From Botryllus schlosseri (lineage: Eukaryota), in contig CM119383.1 of assembly GCA_051294905.1 (NCBI GenBank), forward strand, positions 5,952,001-6,016,000: a stretch of 64,000 nt of DNA, read 5' to 3'. Below the pieces are notes generated by a model, which did not search any database, was not told the origin of the DNA, and saw only the letters and a list, made by a program, of their open reading frames with translations. The position numbers and the translations under genes were made by a program. Below are positions 12,941 to 41,700 of the stretch, one piece after another (the first letter of the stretch is position 1; each line of letters begins with the position of its first letter).

Positions 12941-15900
12941 ATGTGGCTGTGCGGGCTTGCGATCATTCTCGCCAACGCTCGGGTTACCTTGGGAAATGTC
13001 GATTGGGAAGCTATTCGTTTGCTACCGGAACATCTGCCGATGTTTTTCTTTGGCAACCCGTCGATGCGGAAACAATGCGAGATTGATAAAGACTGCCCGT
13101 TCAAAGTGAGTGACACGTGATATTTTTATGTGATCTAAATTTCCCATCCGCTAATAACGAAGCAGGACCAATCTTCGGATTAACTGCATGTCACTCATTG
13201 GTCATTATGAAATCACGGATCAACCATACTTTCGTGCGCAGTTGCTGAAATAGTGTGATATCCTTCTGGTTAACAGCGATCCCTTGTTTGGCATTTCATT
13301 CAGGAGATTTTGGGTGGATTATCTTGCTGGGGATACGAGGAATCAGATGTTCAATGTCAGCGGCACCTGTCGGACTTCTCTGTATGCAGTGATGATATCG
13401 CCGCAGGTCAATATTGGTCCCAGGTTCGCCAATCGTGACTCGTAGCTGCGCGCCGCAATCACTAAGTTACGGGGTAATTTGTTGTTTCAGGGGGATTTTG
13501 GCAAATTGCGAGGATATCTGAATGAAATGAGAGACGGCGAACTATGCAAGACGAAATCAGAATCATCGCCTTCGTCGCTGATATGCGCAAAGTTTGTATT
13601 TATTACGTCTTGGGCGGTTATGCAGCAGCGTATTTTGAATGCGAGTTCGCGTTTAAAAAGAAGTTCAGGGCATAGTCCTGTTGCACCTTGATCCTGAACT
13701 TCGGATTTGAAAAGCGCGCGTTGCTTATTTAAACGCGAGATCTGCAGGTTCCATTCAAGAGCCAACGAGGCTGTGTTCAAACCAAGTCCTATTTCAAACG
13801 CGCTGGTGCGTTTTACCCGTTTACGCATTTGCTCCATGTTGAAGTTCCAGCCTTAGACTTCGTTAGAGATGCTATCAGAGGTGGTCAGTAACGAAGTACT
13901 TCTACTTTTTCGAGGTATTCAAGTAGTTTTCCGCTACTTGCGTTACTTACTCAAGTAAATCTGATTTCCGCTACTTCTACTTCGTAAAATTCTGTGATCT
14001 ACTTACTTACTTCTCGCTATTTTCAGTTTGTCAAGTAGAAGTGGTATAATCCTGTTATCAGAAAGATAGCCTGACGAATTTTGGGGCTGTTTTCGCGGAG
14101 TACTAACATATTATTCGTAAAAGTTAAGTAAAGACCAGAATTTTCGTCGTGCTTCGCGCACGGTACATATATGCAGCACCGTAACTGCCGCACCCCAAAC
14201 CCCCCAATTGGGGGGGGGGGCCCGAGCTCGAAGGGGGCCCAAAATTATTTCGTGAATTAGCATAAATCATAGAGTAATTTTTGAAAATTTATGCAATATT
14301 TCAAAATTTTCCAGTTGGCATTTATCTATATTATTGGGTATCGTGCCATCACCGCGCCACGACCCACAAGACATACTATCAAGTTTTAGGCCATATAACA
14401 TGCAACTCCAAGAAGTGTGTCAGAACGATCGGCAGCGAGAAAAGCTTGGCCGAAAAGGTCTATGCCCTTATGCAGACCGAAGACTTCGTTATATAGGCAT
14501 CAAGTACATCATTACAATCAAGTACCGCAAGCTAGGCCAGGTGTTCGTAAATAGTGATCGCGACGCAACGGTGTATTTTTTTTAATTTACCGAAAACACA
14601 AGCGTATCGCATCTGTTCAGCATTTTCAACCGTTAATTGTTACATATTGACCAAACGAAAACGAAAATCGACATTGTCTTATAAAATCGCAACGTGCAAT
14701 GAGCATGATGACACTTCCGCGTGTGGAAATTTCCGCATGTGGACACTTCCGCCTCTGGACTCTTTTGCATGTTACACTTTAGCAAACAGCACTTTAGCAG
14801 CACGGTACTCTTTCGCCCTGGCATGACTTTAAAACGATACGCCCATATAAGTTATATTATAATTTTCAAATTTTAATGCGTCATGCATCATCAATTCATC
14901 ATGCGTCATTGTGTCATGTTCAGGGGTTAATGTCAGGAATTAGCAGTCATGGACATGTGGCAAAGCTCAAGTATTGAATTCTAAAATATTTCACAATTTA
15001 CATCCATGTTCGCGTGCTCAAATGTATACTTGGCCGTAAAACCTCAGCTATTGTCATTCGAATCGCAGTGTAAATAGGAACGCGCTAAATATAGGAAAGA
15101 GGCATATGATTCAAATGCATCCGAAGGAACAAAGCTGTAATTTAGTTCTGTATACATTGTACCTGAATAAAGCCCTCATAATGTTGGGATTTACAAATTT
15201 TGTTGATAAAAACATGCATTTAAGTATATGCTGTATACTGGCGTGAGAAGGTATGAAGACGAAAAGAGCTAACTATAGAGCAGGGTATTATTGCGGCGAA
15301 CATGAGGGCAAACAGACAAAGCTGGAAATTTTCGGCGGAACCAGAGTTAGCATTTCAAAATAGTTTTCGAAAGGCGATTAATTGAAGTCCTATATAAATG
15401 GGGGTGATGACTGATGGCGTTGGAGCTCTCAAGGAATACCGCGTTAATATCGAATCTATAGAAACTGTACGAACTCCCATTTCCATGAGCCACAATCCCC
15501 GATAGGTAACACGCCGCCGTAGTACGTGTAGTTCCAAGGTGTTCATTTGTTCATATAGCTCTCTGAACGCCTTCGTTATAATTTCAGGAATGCGAAAACG
15601 TGCAAAGCAAAAAACTTATTTCTGCACATGCCCTCGTTGACGGAAAAAGATGGTCACAGTATCTTGGTGCCAAAAGACGGAACTGTCGGGGGTTATTGCG
15701 ATTTAGATAGTAAATCCCTGACCGACCATACTGTTGTCAAAAGAGCGCTGTCCACTTGGTAACTACACGGGGAGAGTTTAAGTGCAAGGATGTCACATAC
15801 GAATTATGGTTTCAGGGGTCATCAACTTCAATCTTACAAATCTCTCGACTTTGACCCTTTTGCGGGTGACGCGCAGCATTGTGACGTGGTATTTGAGAGA

Positions 15901-18900
15901 CCTGTGGTGTTCGTGCAGCTCGACGCTGTCGGGAATTTGTACCATCATTTCTGCGACTTCTTCAACTTGTATTTGACTCAGCACACGAACAACTCCTGGT
16001 TCGGGACCGACGTGCAGATAATACGATGGAGTGATGTAATTGAAACTTAATTGTGTATTTTTCGAACGTTCTCAGTCTAGGCTTGCTTCCGATTACGTAT
16101 AAGCAGATGTGGTTGAAGTTGTTGGACTTTTGGTACTCGAGTGGAAATAAGACCTTACTTACTTAGAAATCGCTGCCTCTGCATGTACCTGAGTAGAAAT
16201 TTACTACGTTACTTCTACTTGATGAGCTTTGAACACATCTGCATAATCGTATTCTGTCAACAATCCATGCTCTGCAGCATCACAGATTCCGAGACCCTTT
16301 CATGGAAGCTTGGAGCGCGTTTACGGACCACGACATTTTATCGCTGCGCGACTTCGCCGGCCGAAAACTCTGCTTTCCCGAAGCCACGTTCGCGCTTTTA
16401 CCGCGAATGGCGCACGGGTTATATTACAGCACTTACCTGGTAAGTACGCCGCTTTAAAAAGCGATGTCGCGCCGCTTTAACCGCGATTGTATTCAGACTG
16501 AGCACTGCCGCGGATCGGCGCTTATGAAGTCGTTTTCTGACCATTTTCTCTTTCGGATGAACGTCTCCAGCGACGTTGGCAACGTTCGGGATGCGATACG
16601 AATCACTTTTTTGCAACGCGGGTCCAACCGTACATTGTATCCCGTTTTCAGGAGAGTTTTGAACGCCGACGCATTGGTGAAGAGAATGCAAAAGTTACCT
16701 AACGTCGATTTGAAGGTAGGCTACTAGCTTAAGTGGTCAAACTAGTTGTCGAGTTGATACTCAATTATAAGAACTAACGTAGTGAATTTCTACTGGAGTA
16801 GATGTAGAGGTTTCCAAGTAAGTAATAAAGTGAGAAAACTGTCTGGTAGTAGAAATAGTAATCACTTGAGTAAGTAGTGCAAGCGGCTTGAGTACTTCAG
16901 AAAATGAGAAGAGAAAGAGAAATCCACTTAGTTTCTGACCCCAAATATGTCAAATATAGCCGTAACCGAGCACTTAAACTTTCAAAGTACTGACGTTGGT
17001 GATGTCTACTGTCTACTCAAGCAGTTATGCTTTTGGAATATGCTTCCACTCTGACCTTGTTTGTAAACCTTCAATGCTGCACCAAATCGCATAAATGCGC
17101 TGCATTGCATTTCACCCGTCACGTTGGTCGCCAAGAAGCGTCTCATAACGTTTAAAATTGGCACCGGCAGTGCAAATCAATCCTCGGAAGTATTGGTCTA
17201 CCTAAAAGTACTTGAGAGCAGGGATGTAATGACTCGACTCGAGTCACTATTTTTGGTGACTCTACTTGACTCGAGTCATTTTTTCAAATTCGTGAAATGA
17301 CTCGAATCGCCTCGAGTCAATTTGTGTATTGACTCGACTTGTCATTGTGCATGACTCGTACCAATTAGTAATATGACTCGAGACAAGGGCGGCCAAGGCA
17401 AAAATTTCATTGAAACTTCAAAGAATAGTAAAGTCACCACATTATTGGTATTTCGTCTATCAGTCCTGATAACTTGGAAAACAGGGCCAGAAACTGTTAG
17501 GACTGAGGAAAATGACGATATTATGAATGCGAGCCATTCTATCATTCGAGCGAAGTTGAAAAAAGTAGGTTGAACTGGATTGAGCTCAAAACTGAATAGT
17601 GAACACTGAACACAATGGCTTGTACTCAGACTCGAGTCACAACACTCTATGACTTGGATTTGACCCTCCGGCTCCTGCTCTCTGACTTGGACTCGGGACT
17701 TGACTCTGGGTGAATTGAAAATGAATTGACTTGACTCGTCGAGTCAAAACTATAAAAGTGAGATTGACTTGTGACTCGGAGCCTTGTAACTTGGTTACAA
17801 TCCTGCTTGAGAGTTGTTCCCTGGGCTTTCGTTTTTTTACTTCTACCCGTAATTAGTAGGCTATACCTTTACCTTTACTTTGACTTTTTGCCGAGTCACA
17901 ATAACGACTACTTTGACCACCCCTGAGTATAAAGGCGCACCCAAACCAGCTGAATAACTGCGGTCATTGCCCCGAATATTTCAACAACTTTTTTACCTCG
18001 GAATCAAAAGCGCACAAGTACCACACATGCGCGTCCGCGTCGTCCAAATATCATGTGATCGACCGAAAAGATCATCGCTCCATCAAATATGCCGGACCTG
18101 ATGTGTGGAACAGTATCCCGCCGGCCATCCGACAGTCGACGAGCAAGTACAGTTGTCCGCATTCAAGTCGAAATACAGGCAACTACTACTAAATAAATAC
18201 AGTCCATCCTCAAGATTACCGGACCACTACCTGACCTATCGATCTCGCCTTCCATGACATGCCACCCCATTTTTGTCGCTTTCTATTTTTTATACTATCT
18301 TCTTTTACTTTAATTCAGTGTGCATATGCATCCTCTTTACATCACCTAGGCCAAGGTGGGTGCTGTCTGATTCCATAGACTACTCCAAGTTGCTTTGACA
18401 CCTCCCTATCTTTTCATTGTATCACATTTTTGTGGTGTATTGAACTGATGCAAAATTGATAATAAACCAATAATGATGCTGATGATGATAAATAATTATA
18501 CGACATGGTCTCCTACATAGTCGTATTTTATCAGGTTGTCAGTTTTGACCGAAGCGAGCTGAGCTTTCTGGAGCAGCTGCAAATTACGAGAAACACAGAT
18601 ATATTTATTGGTATGCACGGAGCGGGACTGGCACACTTTATGTTTCTGCCGGATTGGGCTGTAGCTTTCGAACTGTAAGTATGGCCGTGCGCGCCTAACA
18701 GCTACGCGAAATCAGTTTACAAAGTTACAAAGTAGGCTATATTCTATATGGATACTAGCCTACGCACCATTTTATGCGGACAACCCTGTGGATGAGAGGC
18801 GCTGGATTCGTGGTCATTGCCATTTGGGCATTATATATAGCCCACTACGGACGACTGGAATCTTCAAATTGTCGCAATCCCTCGTCTACGCATACGGCGA

Positions 18901-19330
18901 TGAGCGCCTATTCTGCCTTTCCAACCTCCTACAATATTTACATTCATCCGCTACCATATTGCTAATGGCCAAATGATGGGTCTACTGCGAAGAACAAAAC
19001 GGATGATAAATATAAAGCACTGATAAATATAAGGCGCGTTCCTGTACTATTGATAGTTTCATTTGCAGGTATAATTGTGGAGATATCCGCTGCTACCGAG
19101 ATCTCGCGGGTCTTCGGGGCGTTCGTTATATGACGTGGGAAGATGCGTCGAAAGTGTGGGAACACGATAAGGATTCTCACGAACGCTACAGCACTAACTC
19201 TAAATTTTGGAACTACAGCTTTGATGTCGAGGAATTCATCCGTTTAGTCAGAAAGGCTCGTGACATTCTATTGGAGCACCCTAGATTTCATCATCTCAAG
19301 AAGAATTCTGCAGACCACAGAGAGCTGTAG
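12941..19330 (+). CDS. EOGT: EGF domain-specific O-GlcNAc transferase, paralog 2 (9 exons, 519 aa, C-terminal HREL)
   Basis: Exons 12941-13105, 13304-13423, 13491-13591, 15588-15758, 15816-16035, 16278-16439, 16497-16715, 18535-18674, 19069-19330; total 1560 nt in frame, same intron positions and phases as paralog 1. Motifs [67 protein letters not shown]. Confidence 0.93.
13635..13758. other. Multi-stem inverted-repeat structure in EOGT2 intron 3
   Basis: Nested complementary pairs 13635-13641/13752-13758, 13647-13657/13728-13738 and 13660-13669/13693-13702. Confidence 0.5.
13876..14100 (-). mobile_element. Family A right-end fragment in EOGT2 intron 3
   Basis: CAGAGGTGGTCAGTAACGAAGTACTTCTACTT... 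aligns by eye, at roughly 80 percent, with the reverse complement of about 9460-9668. Confidence 0.75.
17219..17805 (+). mobile_element. hAT-type MITE family B in EOGT2 intron 7
   Basis: Ends CAGGGATGTAAT and TTACAATCCTG; perfect 8-bp TSD CTTGAGAG at 17211-17218 and 17806-17813; many GACTCGA motifs. Confidence 0.9.
17926..18480 (+). mobile_element. 5'-truncated CR1/L2-group LINE 3' end
   Basis: Reads [42 protein letters not shown] then, after a frameshift, [14 protein letters not shown], typical of the ORF2 C-terminus; 3'UTR shared with 22215-22340 (reverse); GAT/AAT-rich tail. Confidence 0.7.
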
Positions 19331-20346
19331 AACTTTATTGTCTCATTTTTCATTTTGTCTCTTTTCGCAACAACCTACTGCTAGGATTTTTGTTATCCCC
19401 CAATTCTGGTCATCTGGTACATCGGTATTATCGTAATGTGACTACGCTGGTGGCTATACAATATACATGTGTAGACAGCGTCTTGTGGATAAACTATTAA
19501 TATGGAATAGAGGACGATCATTATCCTTGATAATAATAACAATAATAATCGGAAAATATATATCCATCTGCTCAAAACACACACATAATTTTCTATGCGA
19601 TGTAATAAACAGATAAGAGGATGCCAAAGACCCGTTACGGTCTCTCAATCTGGCATCCACCTTGGCCTACCTAACGATCGATGTCCGATCATGGTCTTAT
19701 TCTTCAGAAAGCTCTTTTACGTTCGATTCATTGTTTCCGCCCTTTATCGGGTCTTTCAATGGGCCTTTTGACCACCTGAGAACGAGCGATCACGTGGGAA
19801 AAAGAGCCCAGATAAATCTCCGACGCTTCAGTTACAGGCGTGAATTGGAACCAATATAGCATTTTTTTCCGTTAAAAAATATCAGAAAAATTGCGTTTGA
19901 ATCCAAAAGTGAAGGACGGAGTCGAAACGGTAAGATGTAAAGAGCAGATTCATCCTGAGAAGCCATCTATTGAACGTTTGCAAAGCGTAGAAGTTTTACT
20001 TCGTGTCTTGAACCGACTAGTTAGTAAGTTGCGCCGAGCAATATTTCGGCATTAACATACATAAGCCGGATGGTGTCGGTGTTGATACAATCGCAGTCAG
20101 TCATCGATTAAACAGCGGTTAACAGCTTATCGCTATATTGCGGCGTTTCACCACACCCCCGACTGCGGAGCTGCGTTGCGATCGATTGTAGCACTTCAGG
20201 TACTCTAGCTTTTGAGGGTTTTTCGTATGCGCGTGTAGTTCAATCGCTGTCTGCTCACAGTCCCTCATTAAGTAAGTCATTAGTGCACCAATCAATGTTA
20301 AGAAGGAGATTTTTTGTCGATGTGGAGTTTGTAGCGAAAGGTACAA

Positions 20347-36425
<16,079 letters not shown>

Positions 36426-36784
36426 ATGCGGGGACCAGAAAATACTTTCCCAACGACTAGGTACCGGAACAGGCATGCATGTTTGCGCGACGAAGTTTGT
36501 CTAACTGTGTGTGCAGAAAAAAACGGGTTTTGAGACTTTAGCGGCTGTCGTGCGTGGCTTGCGGTGTGGCGCATGTGCCCCGAAAGCCAAGGTGGCTGTT
36601 TAGTGTCTGTCGGATATCTAGTCATCGTCGTGTGTGACTGGTTTTTGTGAATGCATTAACACGCGTTAGTTTTGTGGCTGTCTTGCTGGTTTGTGTGCGA
36701 TTTGTCATCGCAATGGCCGGATAATTCTGTGTTCCGTAGCTTGCATGGCGTAATTCCTAGGCGATGGTGTTGATTAAAAGCGAC

Positions 36785-37518
36785 CAGAGGTGGTCAGTAA
36801 CAAAGCACCTGTACATTTTTGGCGCACTCATGTAAATTTTGTATAATTGTGGTAGTGGCTATGTTTTTGGACTACATCAACTTAAAACGGTTTTTAGGAC
36901 AAACTACATACTCTTTAGAATTCACATTCTATGAAATTGTCACGCCAACTACGCAAAATAGTCCCTGTGCCATGATAACTGAAATTTTTTTTGGATTGTG
37001 CCTAATAGCGGTCTCATTGGTTGTTTTGCGTCATTCTAAAACACATTGTGAAATTTGAAGGACATCGTCTTCCGATTAACTGCTAATAAATGCATGCGGC
37101 CTGTCCAGACTCGGACTAGATAATTCTAGTTGTCTTATTAGAGCGAAATGCCAGTAACCTAATAACTTCTGGTCTTCATGAAAATGTCTCAGGAGCCAAG
37201 CAGACACCTGCCATTTTTATGCTTGTGGGAACGAACTCTGGTTTGATGCGAACGAAACAAGATTTTTGCTTCTTTCAAATTGGGAATTGAATTCAATTTC
37301 AATCGTAATTCAGTAGTTCTAATTCTGATCTAATTTGGTAAATCCGAAAGTTTTCTGGTTGTCCGACTACTCGATCCGACCTTTGTTTTCTATTTCCACC
37401 CGGAGCAGTTTTGATGTTTCCTTGAAGCTGGTCATTGTACTTGTAATTGTGTAGAAATTTACGGCGTCACTGCTACTTTTGCGTTGAGTAGCAACGGTTA
37501 CTACTGCGATCACCTCTG
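36785..37518 (-). mobile_element. Family A MITE downstream of GRK exon 16A
   Basis: CAGAGGTGGTCAGTAAC at 36785 and GATCACCTCTG ending 37518; flanks AAAGCGAC and TAAGCAAC (6 of 8 match, decayed TSD). Confidence 0.7.
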
Positions 37519-37775
37519 TAAGCAACTTAGTTGGTTTCATTGTGAGTAATGCTGACTAGTCTGGTTTTGATGTAGTTTGGGAGTCAAATTCATGATCATC
37601 CTACTTAGTACACACGGTAGTTAGTTATTCATGTACCGGTAACACTTTTTTTGTTTTCTTTTTCCTTCCCCCTCTTTGCTACGATTCTGTGCTCTCTAAC
37701 CGATGTCTGGTGTGACGCGTGCGTCTCGTTTAACCACTCTCTCTCACTCTTATCTCTTGTGGCCTGTTCCTGCAG

Positions 37776-37799
37776 TCGTGCTGCGGCGGGGAATCATGA
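37776..37799 (+). CDS. Candidate alternative GRK terminal exon B: SCCGGES-stop
   Basis: Long pyrimidine tract then cctgttcctgcAG; phase-0 join to exon 15 gives FSRQ-SCCGGES*, resembling the GRK6A tail RQDCCG. Confidence 0.55.
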   Translation, partial: SCCGGES

Positions 37800-38682
37800 C
37801 GTTTATCATCTCGCAGAATCGGACCGGCGCGCGAAGCCGCGCGTCGACCTGTTGAGGTCGCGGAGCCGACGCCCCGAACGCACAGAGACCGAGGCAGAGA
37901 CGACAGTAGCTCACTAAACTTTACGGGCTCGCATGACAATTAATCGCGTAGAGAAATCCTCTTTCTCGACTGCATGAGTACAAATTTCGACCGATGCATG
38001 CATCCGGTAGCGCTATGCAAGTGGAATTGCCGATATTTTAGCAATCTAGTGGCGGTGCCGATTGAGTTTGAGGCCTGCCTATCTGGCGTGCGCCAGAAAT
38101 GAGCACAATCAATATTTTCACAGATTTATATTCACATGCATATCCAAATTTGTAAATAATATGGTACCATGTCATCTGATCGCCGCGATTATTCGAATTG
38201 TTATGTCTGTGGCGTCATGTTTGGTGATACGACTGTTTGATATACATTATACAAAGCTCTCTTGAATGCTTTGCTAGCGCTGGTGAATATGCTATTCAAC
38301 TGTGTATTGAAGTTTTGCAGCTGTTCTCAAAATTCTCAAGTCCAAATCCAGTAGCAACTGCAATTTGTTTGGAACTCGCACGGAAATTGGAAATGAGTAA
38401 CTTCAAAATGATTCCATATCCATCAAAATCATCTATTTTATTTCAAATCAAAATCCGTGCTCATCTCTGGCGTGCGTCGCGTTTTCCATGACAAAACCGA
38501 CTTGCGGTGTGTTTCGTGCGTTGTGCTCGTCACATTATTTTTCTCCCTTTTAATCCGATCGAATTCCTTTGAAAAATTTCGTCGTGCTCCCCTTTTTTTA
38601 CGCTTGCTTTTTTTCGCACCCCCGGCCTGTACTCGTGCTCTGTCATTCCTCTCTATCATTCTATCTTCCATCCCCCGCACAG

Positions 38683-38727
38683 TCGACGCGTCGAGAGAAA
38701 GCCCCGTCCGTGCGGAAGTCGAGATGA
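38683..38727 (+). CDS. Candidate alternative GRK terminal exon C: STRREKAPSVRKSR-stop
   Basis: Strong pyrimidine tract (tcattcctctctatcattctatcttccatcccccgcacAG); phase-0 reading is basic and ends at TGA 38725-38727. Confidence 0.4.
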   Translation, partial: STRREKAPSVRKSR

Positions 38728-41700
38728 TCGCGTGGACCGCCGAAGGACTTCTGCCACCCCCCGGGACCGTAGAGCCTCGGGCGCTCGGGACGCGCCCGCT
38801 TCGTCGGTGATGTCGGCCGGACGCGTGTGCCGGGCCGGTTTCCGCAGGCCGTGGCGTGTTTTGTATTGCGTGGTGTTTTTTGTCTGCGTCGTTACGGACG
38901 ATGTTTCGATTTGCGGATCGGTGTTTGCGGAATTTTTATCATGCTATCGCTCGAAGCCGTCTTTTGTTTTTATTCGCCCTTGCCATAAAAGGTTTTGTCT
39001 CGTTCGTTGGTGCCGTGGCTGTGTTGCCGGCTTTGTCGTCACCGGGTCTCGGTTCGAATGATGACGACCGTGTCTTGTATGCAGAGGTGGTTGGTTTACG
39101 AAATACTGCTTTTTCAGAGTATTCGAGTAGGATTTGTCTAATTGGACTACTTATAGTAGTTATATTTTTATGCTGCTTCCAATTTCACTTGAACAGTTTT
39201 TTAGGCAAATTATTTATGTTTATGCTCAAAATTTTAAAAAGCAGAACATGGTTTTGAGATGAGTTTGCGTCATAAGAACCTTGTGAGTAGACTCCTACTG
39301 AAAGTTCTTTTATACTAATATTGATATCTTTTTTTCGCTTTTGACTTTGAAAAGCGGAAGTTGGGTTGCTGGATAAGTTTGCGTCGCTTTTCTCTGTGGG
39401 ATCGTGGTAAAAACTGACAAGCCGCGCCAACTATTGCACTATTTTCGAAGATTGTACTCAGTTTGTACGGTCATCAGTCTTTTTGTGTTAGTCGCGAAGA
39501 TGCACCTTACAATTCCAAAAGTAACCGCCACCGATTGCGTGCCAAAACTAACCCTCGACCAAAACTAGCCCTCGACTTTTACAAACTACTCGCTCGGTTG
39601 CTCTACACACCTTTCATTTCCAACTTGCACTCGAAGTAGCTTTGCCACGTCTCTTACATCGCTACTACTACTCGTAATTATGTAGAAATGTAGGAGTTGC
39701 TGCCAGTATAGTAGCATCATTGACCACATCTGCCTATATTGTATGAGACTGCGGTAATACTCATTCGAGCCGTTTAGAACCGGACGACTGCGGCGGTGCG
39801 AGTTTGTGACGTAACAGCTGGCGACCGCGCGGCGCGTATAATTATAGATAACTAACCTCCGTAGGTTAGTTATCTATAGTATAATTATTGCAATTACGTG
39901 CGTTACCGTGTCCGCGAACGAATGCTTCGCCGTCGAGAAACTATGTAGTTCCGTGCAATCCATTTTAAAGTTTTCTCCGCCCGCGTGTGTAGGACGCTTG
40001 TGTCGTGGCGCGTATCTGGTATCATTTCGCGCCGAATACGCGAATACCTTCATTTTTCGTCTCGTTGCCGATCTTATCCATCGATTTTTCTCATTCAATA
40101 TTCATGACACGACGCGGGGGCCGCATTTTTGTTATTTTATCGCCGCGTACACGCGGGCTATCCAAAATCTATGCGTTTACATAACGCTACACGAACGGAA
40201 AGCTAAATCCGTGAACCCGCAGCGGGATCGTGTAGCCGTTGGCTAATCGTTTTACGTCAGCGTGCGGCAACTAATAGAGAACTGTACAGCGTCTTCGTTT
40301 CTATCTATTGCTTTGAATGATGTTATCGACTTGACAAATCGTATTTATCTCCGTGTAACATGCGATCGCGTGCGCGATCCGCATCCGCCAGGTATCTTGC
40401 CCCGTGCCCTGTGTTGAGAGGTGAATCCCCGTTTGATGTCTATTCGTTTCAGTTTTGCCTTGCCCTCGCGTATTGATGTGGTTGGAGCGTTTTGATTCGT
40501 TGATTTATTGTGACGTTTCGACTCGGATTGGACGGCGTGTCCGGTAGAATTTTAGATGGTTACTGAAACGGTGACTTAGCCAATGTTTTATCGTTTTTCG
40601 TGATCATGTGTTACAACTATACTTTTCCTCTTTTAAGCCTTTTGTTATTCAAATATATAGTATACGGAAAGTACCGTTAGGGCGTTGTTTCGGGCGGTTG
40701 TCTTGTGCTGTACCGTGCGAAAGTCTGTAGCGGCCATTGGTTGTGGCGTGGCTCTTACGCCAGAGTTCAGCGACGTATCTAGAGTCGTGCCTCCTCTTGA
40801 TCAGGGTTCTTGTGGTGCAAGGGGTATGCTGTATGCAAATATAGGATTGTACGGTTGTTGACCGTACAGCATTGTTGCAGTACATGTCTATCGCGAAGTC
40901 ACTTCTGGTAGATTATGAAGCGGTAAATTTGCGATGCAGCGATAGGGCAGAACGAGAGAGTTCGGTTGGGGCCAATTCTGAACAGTTTGCGCTGAAGGGC
41001 AATCTCATGCTAAATGCCACCAGGCTACCACGTCTTACGCGTAGCGCGTAGGGTTCTGGTTTAAAATCAGGCTGGTTTAAATCAGGTTTTTTTCGTTGAT
41101 TTTTGATTTTATTGATTATTTTGGTTTTTTCAAATTTTCGGACGGGAGGCGTGAATGTGGTTTATTATCGGACAATCATGTGCATTTTATCTAAACCGGA
41201 GATAGTATCTCGGCACCGGTATAGTTCAGCTGTTTGACAGATAGACGGGAAAAGAGCGAAGATCGAGCTATAGTCAATAATATGCTAGCGTTTTGCTGTG
41301 GATACTAGTTAGTTGTCTGTGACATGCTGCTGGTATTTCCAAGGCACTGGTGGGATACTGCAAACTAAGCGCAATCCGGATTCTCTACCGAATTCGAAAG
41401 ATTCCCTAATCTCTGATCCAGTTTGCTGGCAGGAACCACACCATCGATCAAGATGAAGATGCAACTATAATGGATGGTCCTGATTTGACTCAACATGTTT
41501 TCTGGCTACTAGAACAGATCAGTAGTGATTCTGGCGACCCATCATTATCACATAGGTTAAACGTTTTCAGCTATCTGGATGTTGATTCACAGCCCCACAC
41601 TATTAAAGTTTGAGCGATATCCTTCATCATCTTGATGGCTGGATTGACATCGTCGTCACTCATCCCATTTTCTTTTGTTCGTGTTGTTGTTATTATGAGT

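Noticed and set aside
13487-13837. 116-aa antisense ORF nested in EOGT2
   Set aside because: No recognisable motif; overlaps EOGT2 exon 3 antisense and a self-complementary patch.
37651-37917. 88-aa ORF as a longer GRK terminal exon
   Set aside because: That frame needs a phase-2 junction, but exon 15 ends in phase 0 and I found no convincing intervening phase-2 donor.
38457-39257. ORFs at 38457, 38732 and 38856 as a separate membrane-protein gene
   Set aside because: Hydrophobicity comes from T-rich pyrimidine-tract and UTR-like composition; no domain or coherent splice chain.
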